64,000 nt of DNA from an uncultured Chloroflexia bacterium (lineage in GTDB: Bacteria; Chloroflexota; Limnocylindria; Limnocylindrales; CSP1-4), in the NCBI GenBank assembly GCA_963766735.1, contig CAVYBU010000030.1, forward strand, positions 192,001 through 256,000, in the 5' to 3' direction. The notes beneath the pieces are model-generated. The model was not told the DNA's origin, ran no database searches, and was given only the letters and a program-made list of their open reading frames with translations. Numbering within the stretch: position 1 is the stretch's first letter; each line of letters opens with the position of its first letter. Below are positions 28,276-37,951 of the stretch, piece by piece. Both the position numbers and the translations under genes were made by a program.

Positions 28276-29565
28276 ATGTTCGGATTTTCGACCGGCCGCA
28301 GGCTGGTAACGCTCATGATTGCCGTGGGGCTCGTCGCGTCAGTGTCCGCGTGCGGCGGCAGCGACGCCGAGAAGACCCCGATCAAGATCGGCGGTCTCGC
28401 GACGCTCGAGGGCCCGTTTGCGGTCCCCGGCCAGGACGGCATGCGCGGCATCGAGCAGGCGCTGAACAAGTTCGCGCCCAAGAATGCGGCCGGCAACTGG
28501 GAGATCGCGGGTCGCGAGATCATCCTGATCAAGGAGAGCTCGGACGGCGCCCCGGCGGTCGCGCTCGAGAAGGCCAAGAAGCTGATCGAGCAGGACGACG
28601 TTGACATCCTGATCGGCCCCCTCTCGGGTGACGAGGGACTGGCGATCAAGGACTACGCCAAGACAGTGCCGGACAAGACGTTCGTGAACGGGTCGTCTGC
28701 GGCCCAGGACACCACGTTCCGAGACCCCGCCCCGAACTTCTACCGCTTCTCGACCGACGGCGCCCAGTGGATGGCCGGCGTCGGCAACTACGCCTACAAC
28801 GACAAGGGCTACAAGACCGCCGCCGTCGTGGCGGAGGACTACTCCTTCCCGTACACCCAGGTGGGTGGCTTCATGTACGAGTTCTGCGCAGCCGGCGGCA
28901 AGGTCCCGTTCAAGGCCTGGGTCCCGCTCGGCACGAAGGACTACGCCTCGGTCGTCACGTCGATCCCGACGGACGTCGATGCGATCTACATCGCCCTCGG
29001 CGGCTCCGACGCGGTCAACTTCTTCACCCAGTACGCGGCAGCCGGCGGCAAGGCCAAGTTCATCGGCGGATCGATCACCGTGGACCAGAGCGTGCTGTCG
29101 GTCGAAGGCGACTTCAAGGACCAGCTGGTTGGCACCATCGCCGGTGGCCCCACCGCTGACACGACGGACGAGCCCGCGTGGAACGAGTACGTCAAGGAGT
29201 ACAAGGCGACGTTCCCGGACGGGCTGCCGTTCCCGGGCCTGTTCGCCCTCAGCTACTACAACGAGACCGTCGGCGTCCTGCAGGCCCTCAAGGAGGTCAA
29301 CGGCGACCTCAGCGACGGCCAGAAGGTCTTCATGGAAGCCCTCAGCAAGGTCGAGTTCGAGGGACCCACCGGGCACATCGCCCTCGATGGCAACCGCCAG
29401 GCTATCGCCCCCAACTACGTGACCGAGGTCCAGAAGGACGCCAGCGGCAACCTCGTGAACAACGTCATTGCCAAGGCTGTGGACATCGACCAGACGCTTG
29501 GCCTGGGTGCGGACAGCCCGTACCTTGCCCAGCCCGTCAGCCGGGACTTCCCGGACTGCAAGTGA
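28276..29565 (+). CDS. ABC transporter substrate-binding lipoprotein (Liv/HAAT type)
   Basis: RBS AGGAGG; lipobox SAC-G; IKIG, IGPLSG, DYSFP. Confidence 0.9.
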   Translation: MFGFSTGRRLVTLMIAVGLVASVSACGGSDAEKTPIKIGGLATLEGPFAVPGQDGMRGIEQALNKFAPKNAAGNWEIAGREIILIKESSDGAPAVALEKAKKLIEQDDVDILIGPLSGDEGLAIKDYAKTVPDKTFVNGSSAAQDTTFRDPAPNFYRFSTDGAQWMAGVGNYAYNDKGYKTAAVVAEDYSFPYTQVGGFMYEFCAAGGKVPFKAWVPLGTKDYASVVTSIPTDVDAIYIALGGSDAVNFFTQYAAAGGKAKFIGGSITVDQSVLSVEGDFKDQLVGTIAGGPTADTTDEPAWNEYVKEYKATFPDGLPFPGLFALSYYNETVGVLQALKEVNGDLSDGQKVFMEALSKVEFEGPTGHIALDGNRQAIAPNYVTEVQKDASGNLVNNVIAKAVDIDQTLGLGADSPYLAQPVSRDFPDCK

Positions 29566-30350
29566 CCCAGTCCACCAGCGCCGAGGCGCTCGTCCCCGCC
29601 CTGCGACTGCAGGGCGTGGGGCGGCGCTTCGGCGCCCTCCAGGCTCTACGCGACGTGACCATGGAGGTCGCCGTCGGTGAGCGGCGCGCCATCCTCGGCC
29701 CGAATGGGGCGGGGAAGACGACGCTGTTCAATGTCGTCACCGGTGACTATCTCCCGACATCCGGGAAGGTCGAGCTGTACGGGGCCGACGTGACCAGCCT
29801 GCCGCCTCACCGGCGGACCCGGCTGGGTCTGAGTCGGACCTACCAGAACTCCATGCTGTTCATGGGGCTCACCGTTGGCCAGAGCCTGTTTCTCGCGATC
29901 CGGGGCGTGCAGCGCGGGCGCTTTGACCCGCGCCGCCCGTCCGCCACTGATCCGGGCAGGGTGCGGTCCGAGGAGATCGCCTCGCTCGTGCACCTGTCGG
30001 ATGTCCTCAAGACCGCCGTGGGATCGCTTGCCCATGGCCAGCAGCGCCAATTGGAGCTGGGCATGGCGATCGCCGCGAGCCCTCGCCTCCTGATGCTGGA
30101 CGAGCCGGCCGCGGGGCTGTCGCCCGGCGAGCGGACTCTCCTCTCGCAGCTCCTCAGGGACCTGCCCCGCGAGATCACCGTGATCCTCGTCGAGCACGAC
30201 ATGGACGTTGCCCTCGCGGCCGCGGACCGGGTGACCGTGATGCACGAGGGCACCGTCATCGTCGAGGGCACGCCCGACGAGATCCAGGTCAACAGCATGG
30301 TCCAGGACATCTACCTGGGCCATCGCGTCACGGGTGATCATCGTGGCTGA
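29562..30350 (+). CDS. ABC transporter ATP-binding protein (LivG-like)
   Basis: GPNGAGKT, LDEPAAG, VEHD, YLG; GTGA overlap. Confidence 0.9.
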   Translation: MTQSTSAEALVPALRLQGVGRRFGALQALRDVTMEVAVGERRAILGPNGAGKTTLFNVVTGDYLPTSGKVELYGADVTSLPPHRRTRLGLSRTYQNSMLFMGLTVGQSLFLAIRGVQRGRFDPRRPSATDPGRVRSEEIASLVHLSDVLKTAVGSLAHGQQRQLELGMAIAASPRLLMLDEPAAGLSPGERTLLSQLLRDLPREITVILVEHDMDVALAAADRVTVMHEGTVIVEGTPDEIQVNSMVQDIYLGHRVTGDHRG

Positions 30351-31086
30351 TCCCGTCCTCGAGATCTCGGGGCTCAACGTCCGCTACGGCCGGAGCCACA
30401 TCCTGCAGGGCGTGGATCTCGTCGTCGGCGCCGAGCCTCTCTCGCTCATCGGCCGCAACGGGATGGGCAAGACGACGCTGTGCAACGCGATCGTGGGGCT
30501 GGTTCCCTCCTTCAGCGGCTCCGTCCGGCTCGCCGGCAAGGAGCTCACGGGCCTCAAGCCGCACGAGATCGCCCGTGCGGGGATCGGGTACGTTCCTCAG
30601 GGTCGCCGCGTGTTCCCGTCGCTGTCGGTTGCCGAGCACCTGAAGATGGTCGCGCCCCGGAACGGCAATGGCTGGACCATCAAGCGGATCTACGAGCTCT
30701 TCCCGCCCCTGGCGACGCGCAAGGGGCACGGTGCCATGCAGCTGTCCGGCGGCGAGCAGCAGATGCTCGCGATCGCACGCGCGCTGCTCCTCAACCCGCA
30801 CCTGCTGATCATGGACGAGCCTTCGGAGGGTCTCGCGCCGATCGTCGTGGAGCACCTGGTCGGTGTCCTGCGTGACGTGGCGAAGGAGGGCGTCGGGCTG
30901 CTGCTCGTGGAGCAGAACCTGGGCGTCGCAACGTCGGTGGCGGATCACCTCGCGATCATGGTCACCGGGAGAATCGCGCTGGAGACCACGTCCACCGAGC
31001 TCGTTGGGGACGAGGCCGCCCAGCGTCGCTACCTCGGCGTGAGCAGCCATCTCGAGCAATCGGCCGAGGCTCCGGCCAAACCCTAG
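30343..31086 (+). CDS. ABC transporter ATP-binding protein (LivF-like)
   Basis: GRNGMGKT, LSGGEQQM, MDEPSEG, VEQN. Confidence 0.92.
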   Translation: MADPVLEISGLNVRYGRSHILQGVDLVVGAEPLSLIGRNGMGKTTLCNAIVGLVPSFSGSVRLAGKELTGLKPHEIARAGIGYVPQGRRVFPSLSVAEHLKMVAPRNGNGWTIKRIYELFPPLATRKGHGAMQLSGGEQQMLAIARALLLNPHLLIMDEPSEGLAPIVVEHLVGVLRDVAKEGVGLLLVEQNLGVATSVADHLAIMVTGRIALETTSTELVGDEAAQRRYLGVSSHLEQSAEAPAKP

Positions 31087-31100
31087 GAGGTCATTCCCTC

Positions 31101-32351
31101 ATGGCGAGCGTCGTGCTCCTCGGAACCCTTGATACCAAGGGGGCCGAGTACGAGTTCCTGTGCAACCGCGTCCGCGAATTCGGCTGTGACGTGATCCTCG
31201 TGGACGCGGGCGTGACGAGCGCCTCGTCCGCGGCGGACATCTCGGCGGACGACGTCGCCGCCGCCGCTGGCGTCGACCGTGCCGCTCTCGCCGCGGCGCA
31301 TGACCGGGGCCCCGCGGTCGCCGCCATGACCCGCGGCGCGATCGAGGTCGTCAAGCGCCTCTACGCCGAGGGCCGCCTCAACGGGATCCTGGGCGCCGGC
31401 GGCTCTGGGGGAACCTCGATCGTCTCGGCTGCCATGCAGGCACTCCCAGTGGGGGTGCCCAAGCTCGTCGTCTCCACCGTTGCCTCGGGGGATACCCGCC
31501 CGTACGTCGGCACCTCCGACGTGGCGATGATGTACTCGGTCGTCGATATCGCCGGGATCAACGGCCTGTCCGAGAAGATCCTCACCAACGCTGCCGCGGC
31601 GATCGCCGGGATGGCCCGCGCGGACGCGTCGTTCGTGTCCACGATCGAGCGGAAGCCCCTGATCGGGGCGACGATGTTCGGGGTCACGACGCCGTGCGTG
31701 ACGCTTGCCCGCGAGCTGCTCGAGGCAAAGGGCTACGAGGTCCTCGTCTTCCACGCCACGGGCGCCGGCGGCCAGTCGATGGAAGCCCTCATGAAGGCGG
31801 GCTTCATCACCGGGGCGCTGGACGCCACCACCACGGAGCTGGTGGACGAGCTCGTAGGTGGCGTGCTCTCCGCGGGCCCCGACCGCCTGGAGATGGCAGG
31901 CTCGCTGGGCATTCCACAGGTCGTGTCGCTGGGTGCCCTCGATATGTGCAACTTCGGGCCCAGGGACACTGTCCCCGCGCAGTTCGACAAGCGGAACCTG
32001 TACGTGCACAACGCGACGGTGACGCTGATGCGGACCACCGAGGAGGAATGCGCCGAGCTGGGGCGGATCATCGCCCGCAAGCTCAACCTCGCGAAGGGTC
32101 CCCTGACGGTGTTCATCCCCTTGGGCGGCGTCTCGATGATCGCCACGCCGGGTGGCCCCTTCCACGATGCGGCCGCCGATGCGGCCCTGATCCGGGAGCT
32201 GAAGGCCGGTCTCCGGCCAGACGTCGAGGTGGTCGAGATGGCCACCGACATCAACGATCCCGCCTTTGCGACGGCGATGGCCGAGCGCCTCGATGCGCAT
32301 TACCGCGCATGGGCCGCCGCGAAGGCGCAGGACGAAGGAGGACCCGCATGA
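31101..32351 (+). CDS. Tm-1-like ATP-binding domain protein (UPF0261)
   Basis: GTLDTKG, GGSGGT, LPVGVPK, VDIAGIN, TMFGVTT, FHATG, HNA..TLMRT. Confidence 0.92.
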   Translation: MASVVLLGTLDTKGAEYEFLCNRVREFGCDVILVDAGVTSASSAADISADDVAAAAGVDRAALAAAHDRGPAVAAMTRGAIEVVKRLYAEGRLNGILGAGGSGGTSIVSAAMQALPVGVPKLVVSTVASGDTRPYVGTSDVAMMYSVVDIAGINGLSEKILTNAAAAIAGMARADASFVSTIERKPLIGATMFGVTTPCVTLARELLEAKGYEVLVFHATGAGGQSMEALMKAGFITGALDATTTELVDELVGGVLSAGPDRLEMAGSLGIPQVVSLGALDMCNFGPRDTVPAQFDKRNLYVHNATVTLMRTTEEECAELGRIIARKLNLAKGPLTVFIPLGGVSMIATPGGPFHDAAADAALIRELKAGLRPDVEVVEMATDINDPAFATAMAERLDAHYRAWAAAKAQDEGGPA

Positions 32352-33178
32352 ACGGGCAACAGGCGCTGGCGCGCCTCCGCGGCACCCTCGACGGGGGTGG
32401 CGTGATCATGGGTGCCGGCGCCGGGACCGGCCTCTCCGCCAAGTGCGCAGAGGCCGGCGGCGCGGACCTCATCATCATCTACAACTCCGGGCGGTACCGG
32501 ATGGCCGGCCGCGGCTCGCTCGCGGGCTGCATGCCCTACGGCGACGCCAATGCGATCGTGATGGAGATGGCCTCCGAAGTCCTCCCGATCGTCCGGGAGA
32601 CACCGGTCCTGGCCGGCGTCTGCGGCACCGATCCGTTCCGACTCATGCCGGTCTTCCTCGAGGAGATCAAGCGGGTCGGGTTCTCCGGCGTCCAGAACTT
32701 CCCGACGGTGGGGCTGTGCGACGGCCAGTTCCGCCAGAACCTGGAAGAGACCGGGATGGGCTACGGCCTCGAGGTGGACATGATCGGGGACGCCCACGCG
32801 GCTGGCCTCCTGACCACCCCGTACGTCTTCGACCCGGACCAGGCCGCCGCGATGGCGAAGGCCGGAGCTGATGTCGTCGTCGCCCACATGGGCCTCACCA
32901 CGAAGGGCGCAATCGGCGCCACCACCGCCCTCACGCTCGAGGCCTCAGCGGAACGGGTCCAGGCGATCCGGGACGCGGCGGTCGCCGTCAAGCCGGACAT
33001 CATCGTCCTGTGCCACGGCGGTCCGATCGCCGAGCCGGAGGATGCCGAGTACGTCCTGTCGCACACCACCGGCGTCGCCGGGTTCTTCGGTGCCTCGAGC
33101 ATGGAGCGGCTCCCGACCGAGATCGCGATCACCGAGAACATGAAGCGCTTCAAGAGGATCGGCCGCGGGGCGGCCTGA
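32348..33178 (+). CDS. phosphoenolpyruvate hydrolase-like TIM-barrel protein, copy 3
   Basis: [49 protein letters not shown]. Confidence 0.92.
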   Translation: MNGQQALARLRGTLDGGGVIMGAGAGTGLSAKCAEAGGADLIIIYNSGRYRMAGRGSLAGCMPYGDANAIVMEMASEVLPIVRETPVLAGVCGTDPFRLMPVFLEEIKRVGFSGVQNFPTVGLCDGQFRQNLEETGMGYGLEVDMIGDAHAAGLLTTPYVFDPDQAAAMAKAGADVVVAHMGLTTKGAIGATTALTLEASAERVQAIRDAAVAVKPDIIVLCHGGPIAEPEDAEYVLSHTTGVAGFFGASSMERLPTEIAITENMKRFKRIGRGAA

Positions 33179-33218
33179 CCCAGTCATCGTCTCGCTGTAC
33201 GCGAAGGAGGAAGCACCG

Positions 33219-34952
33219 GTGCCCCTCAAGGAAGAAGTCCTCGGCGAGTTCCTCGGGGACGAGACGTTCCCGATCGAATGGACGTCCGAGACCGAGAAGC
33301 TCCTGTTCTGGGTCTACGACGACCTGCACTGCCCGAAGCCGCTCAGCCCGATGTACGAGGACATCGGCGGCTGGTGGCTCTCCTGCGACCACATGTTCCG
33401 CCGCTTCGGCACGCCGTTCGCGTCGGACTGGATCTACAAGAACATCAACGGGTACCTGTACACCACCGCGATCCCGGCCGAGGCCGGCGTTGACGTCGCG
33501 ACGCAGGAGTACAACTACCAGACCCACCCGATCGTCCCCGAGGACAACGAGTACGCGGCGAAGATCGGGGCGTACCTCGGCCTCGTCCTGCCCGTCTACG
33601 GCAACAACTTCACCTTCTGGTGGAAGACCCGCTTCGTCCCGGAGATGCAGCGCAACTTCGACTACATCGAGAGCATGCTCGACCGGAAGGATGAGCTCAG
33701 CCTCGCGGACCTGGCCGTCCTCCTCGAGGACGCCGTCGACATGCACGACCGCCACTGGAAGATCCACTGGATGCTGAACTTCGCGCAGCTCAGCGCGACG
33801 CTCAACCTCAAGGCCGTCATGCAGGAGACGCACGGCAAGGTGGACGACGTCCTCCTCGGCCGCCTCCAGAACTCCGCCGACGACCGGAACTGGGACAAGG
33901 TCCGGGCGCTGTGGGAGATGAAGGAGGAGGTCAAGGGCGACGCCGAGCTGCGGGCCGCCTTCGCCAAGGGCCGTGCCACCGACATCGTCCCCGCCCTGCA
34001 GGCCACCGACCGGGGCCGCCGGTTCATCGACGAGCGGGTGGTCCCGTACCAGAAGGAGTTCGGCTGGCACGCCGTCTGGAGCCACGAGTTCATCTACCCG
34101 AGCTTCCGCGAGGACATGAACCCGGTCATCCAGCTCGTCTGCGACCAGTACACCGAGGACTACGACTACCCGACCAAGGTGGCGGCCCTGGCGGCCGACA
34201 TCGCCGCCGCGGCGAAGGAGATCCTCGAGGGGCTCGAGGGCGAGGCGCTCGACAAGATGCGCGCCGCCAACGAGATCAACCTCAAGATGGCGCCCCTCAC
34301 CCCTGACCACCACTTCTACATCGACCAGGGCGCCAACGCGCACGTCCGCCTCGTGCTCATCGCCATCGGCGAGAAGCTCGTCGAGATGGGCATGCTCGAC
34401 CAGCCGGACGACGTGATCCTGTTCCGCTACAACGCGCTGCGCGCGTTCATGGGCGCTCCGGACGCGGAGTCCGGGCGTGCCATGGCCGCCGCAGGGCGGG
34501 CCAAGCGCGCCGCCGCCGAGCAGATCCGCCCGAAGGACTGGGTCGGCACGGCCACGGCGACGCAACTGGCCTTCCCGTACCTCAACCTGTGGGGCTTCCC
34601 CGACAAGTTCAACCGGCCGCGCGAGATGCACGGCGACACGATCGTCGGCATCGGCGGCTCGCCGGGCGTCGTCGAAGGCACGGCGCGGGTCGTCATGTCC
34701 ACCGACGAGTTCGACAGCCTTGTCCCGGGCGAGATCCTCGTCTGCGAGATGACCAACCCGGCCTGGCAGGTCCTGTACGGGAAGATCATCGCTGTCGTCA
34801 CCAACGCGGGTGACTTCGTCGCCCATCCGGCCGTCCTCGCCCGCGAGTACGAGATCCCGGCGGTGGTTGGGACATCTGTCGGCACCTACCGGATCAAGAC
34901 CGGCGACCGCATCCGCGTGGACGGTGGCGCCGGGTTCGTCAAGATCCTGTAG
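33219..34952 (+). CDS. PEP-utilizing enzyme: large N-terminal domain plus swivelling phospho-His domain, no ATP-grasp domain
   Basis: C-terminal GSPGVVEG.ARV, TNPAW, AHPAVLAREYEIPAVVG, VDG; no GGK/VRSS ATP-grasp motifs. Confidence 0.82.
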   Translation: MPLKEEVLGEFLGDETFPIEWTSETEKLLFWVYDDLHCPKPLSPMYEDIGGWWLSCDHMFRRFGTPFASDWIYKNINGYLYTTAIPAEAGVDVATQEYNYQTHPIVPEDNEYAAKIGAYLGLVLPVYGNNFTFWWKTRFVPEMQRNFDYIESMLDRKDELSLADLAVLLEDAVDMHDRHWKIHWMLNFAQLSATLNLKAVMQETHGKVDDVLLGRLQNSADDRNWDKVRALWEMKEEVKGDAELRAAFAKGRATDIVPALQATDRGRRFIDERVVPYQKEFGWHAVWSHEFIYPSFREDMNPVIQLVCDQYTEDYDYPTKVAALAADIAAAAKEILEGLEGEALDKMRAANEINLKMAPLTPDHHFYIDQGANAHVRLVLIAIGEKLVEMGMLDQPDDVILFRYNALRAFMGAPDAESGRAMAAAGRAKRAAAEQIRPKDWVGTATATQLAFPYLNLWGFPDKFNRPREMHGDTIVGIGGSPGVVEGTARVVMSTDEFDSLVPGEILVCEMTNPAWQVLYGKIIAVVTNAGDFVAHPAVLAREYEIPAVVGTSVGTYRIKTGDRIRVDGGAGFVKIL

Positions 34953-34978
34953 GCACCGGGAAACCGAGGGACATCGGG

Positions 34979-35683
34979 ATGACCGAGACGGTGATCTCCC
35001 GCGCTGTCCTGAGCGACACTGTCAAGGATCGCCTCCTGGAGGCGATCCTTGACGGCCGGTACCCACCCGGGTCCCGGATCGTGGAGACACGGGCCGCCCG
35101 GGAGTTCGGGACCAGCCAGGCCCCCGTCAGGGAGGCCCTCCGCGACCTCGAGGCGCTCGGCGTCGTGGAGATCTCGCCGTTCCGCGGCGCGCGCGTCCGG
35201 CGACCATCTCGCGAAGAGCTGCTCGAGGCCTACGTCGTCCGTGCGGAGCTCGAGGCCCTCGGGGTCCGGCTGGCCCTCCCCAGGCTGACCCAGGAGGATT
35301 TCGCAGCGCTCGGCGTGTACCTGGAGGAGATGCACCGGGCCGCGGCGGCGGGCGAGATCGTCGAGGAGGTGTCCGCGGACGCGGCCTTCCACGGCTATCT
35401 CGTGGACCGCTCCGGCAATGCCACGCTCAAGCGGGTGTGGGGCATGCTCGAGCCCTACTCGCGAACCTACATCACGATTGCCGTGCCCGGCTCGGACCGC
35501 CAGCGGATCGCCGGGCTCCACGGACCGCTCCTCGACGCCCTCCGCTCCCGTGAGGCGGACAGGGCCGACGCGGCGATCCGCAACCACTTTGCCGATGCCA
35601 GGGCAATGCTCGCCGGCCTCTGGCCAGACGAGTCCGGCGTCGCACCCGGACCATCGCCCGGCCCCGTGCCGGCACGCACCTAG
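34979..35683 (+). CDS. GntR (FCD) family regulator
   Basis: GTSQAPVREAL, DAAFH, LH...NHF. Confidence 0.92.
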   Translation: MTETVISRAVLSDTVKDRLLEAILDGRYPPGSRIVETRAAREFGTSQAPVREALRDLEALGVVEISPFRGARVRRPSREELLEAYVVRAELEALGVRLALPRLTQEDFAALGVYLEEMHRAAAAGEIVEEVSADAAFHGYLVDRSGNATLKRVWGMLEPYSRTYITIAVPGSDRQRIAGLHGPLLDALRSREADRADAAIRNHFADARAMLAGLWPDESGVAPGPSPGPVPART

Positions 35684-35699
35684 AGACCGAAAGGACACG

Positions 35700-36587
35700 A
35701 TGAACGCCAAGCTGCAACTGACGGAGGAGTTCTCGGCGGGGGCCGCTCGCCTCCGCGTGGACGTGTACGGCGGCGAGCCGCGCGAGCATGTGCTCGACGA
35801 CCTGACCTTCCTCAACTACCGCCTCGCCGACGTCCGCATCTCCCCCGAGGTCACGCTGGCCGACGCCGACATCGTCTGGAACCAGGACGGCGCCAAGAAG
35901 GTCTCGTATGACGGCCGGGTCGTGACCTTCACGGGCGACTGGCCCGCCGGCCCGATCCAGAAGGTGATCGTCGCGGTCCTCGCGCTCCGGATGGAGGCCG
36001 TGGGCCTGCACCCGTCCCACAGCGCGGCCGTCAACTACCGCGGCAAGACCCTGCTGTTCCTGGGCGGCGAGTCCAACCACGGCAAGAGCATGGGCCTCAT
36101 CGAGGCCGGCGTCCGGGGCGCCCTCCAGGTCGCGTCCGAGACGACGGTCATCGACGAGGACGGTCGCGCGGCCATGGGCTCCGTGGACACGTTCCTCGTG
36201 AAGCGCACCGAGGGCACCGAGCGGTCCGACAAGGCCGCGCCCAACAAGGGCGTGGAGAAGTTCTGGGGCGAGATGCCCAGCTGGGGCATGTACCAGGGCA
36301 CGCCGAACATCGACATCGTCATCGTGCCCGCGATCGACGGCAACTTCGACCCGGCGACCAACGCGCTCATCCCGTTCGAGCGCCAGTTCCAGTTCCTCCA
36401 TTCGCTGCAGAACTACTTCCTCACCAACGAGCTGCTGGCCCCGGGCCACGTCATGCCGATGGTGGACAACGATGCGCTCCGAGCGAAGCGCGCGGACTTC
36501 GTCAACAGCTTCTGCGAGCGGCCGTTCTTCTTCATCCGCGCGGCGACCCCCCAGGTCCTCCTGGACGAGGTCGACAAGCTCCTCTAG
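35700..36587 (+). CDS. hypothetical protein with HprK-related P-loop
   Basis: LHPSHSAAV...LFLGGESNHGKS resembles the H-x-A-A-V / GxSxxGKS layout; RBS AAGGA. Confidence 0.55.
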   Translation: MNAKLQLTEEFSAGAARLRVDVYGGEPREHVLDDLTFLNYRLADVRISPEVTLADADIVWNQDGAKKVSYDGRVVTFTGDWPAGPIQKVIVAVLALRMEAVGLHPSHSAAVNYRGKTLLFLGGESNHGKSMGLIEAGVRGALQVASETTVIDEDGRAAMGSVDTFLVKRTEGTERSDKAAPNKGVEKFWGEMPSWGMYQGTPNIDIVIVPAIDGNFDPATNALIPFERQFQFLHSLQNYFLTNELLAPGHVMPMVDNDALRAKRADFVNSFCERPFFFIRAATPQVLLDEVDKLL

Positions 36588-36607
36588 GCAAGGCTGGGCC
36601 GGTTGTC

Positions 36608-37472
36608 ATGCACACCTTCGCCTACGCTCGGCCCGGCTCCCTGGCCGAGGCGGTCGCGCTCCTCGACGCCCACGGTCCGGACGCCCGCGTCCTGGCCGGG
36701 GGGACGGACCTGATCGTCCGGCTTCGCGACGGGTCGGCCACGCCGTCCGTGGTGATCGACGTCAAGCGGATCGCCGAGCTCCGGCCCGGCATCCGCGAGA
36801 CGGGCGGCCGCGTCGTCATCGGGGCCACGACCGTGATGACGGACGTGGCCGGAGACCCGCTCGTCCGGCGGCACTTCCCGGCGCTGGCGGAGGCCGCCGC
36901 CGTGGTGGGCTCGGTCCAGATCCGGAACCGGGCGACGCTTGCGGGCAACATCTGCAACGCCTCACCGGCAGCGGACACCGCCCCGTCGCTCCTGGTCCAT
37001 GGCGCGTCCGTCGTGGCCGAGGGCCCCGGTGGGACCCGTCGCATCCCCGTCGATGAGCTGTTCGTGCGCTCCGGCGTGACGACGCTCGCCCGGGGGGAGC
37101 TGGTGACCGCGATCGAGCTGCCGATCCCGGCGCTGCGCATCGCGAGCGTCCACGTGCGACGGACGCGCCGTCGGGGCCACGACCTGGCCTCCGTGACGCT
37201 CACCTGCGGCGTTGACGCGACCGGGATGACCCGGATCGCATACGGGAGCGTGGGCCCGCGGGCCGTGCTCGTGACCGACGAGAGCGGCGTCCTGGCGGAT
37301 CCGGCCGCGACGGACGAGGCCAAGGCCCCGATCCTCGAGGCGATGTTCGCTGCCGCCAGCCCGTCCCCACGCTCGATGCGGGCCGGGCCCGGAGTACCGC
37401 CTGGCGATGCTCCGCGTCCTGGGCCGGCGGGCGCTGGCAGCTGCCATCGAACGCCTGGCGGCGGGGGAGTGA
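36608..37472 (+). CDS. xanthine dehydrogenase family FAD-binding subunit (CoxM/XdhB-like), +1 frameshift near 37385-37391
   Basis: LAGGTDL, GSVQIRNRATLAGNI.NASP; the canonical end EYRLAMLRVLGRRAL..* lies in the +1 frame and stops at 37472. Confidence 0.85.
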
Positions 37473-37951
37473 GCGACATGGTCGAGATGCATCCCATCGA
37501 GGTCACGGTCAACGGGCGCCTCCGGGCGCTCGAGGTGGCCGGCCACCACTCGCTGCTGGACGTCATCCGCGACGACCTGGGCCTGACCGGCGCCAAGGAG
37601 TGCTGCCTCGTCGGCGAATGCGGTGCCTGCACGGTCATGGTGGACGGGCGCACGGTGGACTCCTGCCTGGTGCTCGCGGTGGAGGTCGACGGTGCGGAGC
37701 TGACGACGGTCGAAGGGCTCGCCGCGGACGGCGAGCTGGCGCCGATCCAGCAGGCGTTCCTGGACAAGGGCGCCGTGCAGTGCGGGTTCTGCATCCCGGG
37801 CCAGCTGATGTCTGCGCACGTGCTGCTCGCGGAGCACGAGCATCCGACCGGGGCCGAGATCGAGGAGGGCATGGCCGGCAACCTGTGCCGGTGCGGGTGC
37901 TACCAGCAGATCACGGACGCGATCCTCGCGGTCGCGGAGGACGGACGATGA
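37469..37951 (+). CDS. xanthine dehydrogenase family (2Fe-2S)-binding subunit (CoxS/XdhC-like)
   Basis: C..GECGACTV, DSC, QCGFC, NLCRC. Confidence 0.92.
   Translation: MSDMVEMHPIEVTVNGRLRALEVAGHHSLLDVIRDDLGLTGAKECCLVGECGACTVMVDGRTVDSCLVLAVEVDGAELTTVEGLAADGELAPIQQAFLDKGAVQCGFCIPGQLMSAHVLLAEHEHPTGAEIEEGMAGNLCRCGCYQQITDAILAVAEDGR

Noticed and set aside
36608-37951. Natural FAD-subunit/2Fe-2S-subunit fusion (447-aa ORF)
   Set aside because: The canonical FAD-subunit C-terminus and a GTGA stop/start overlap lie in the +1 frame, so the fusion results from one extra base.
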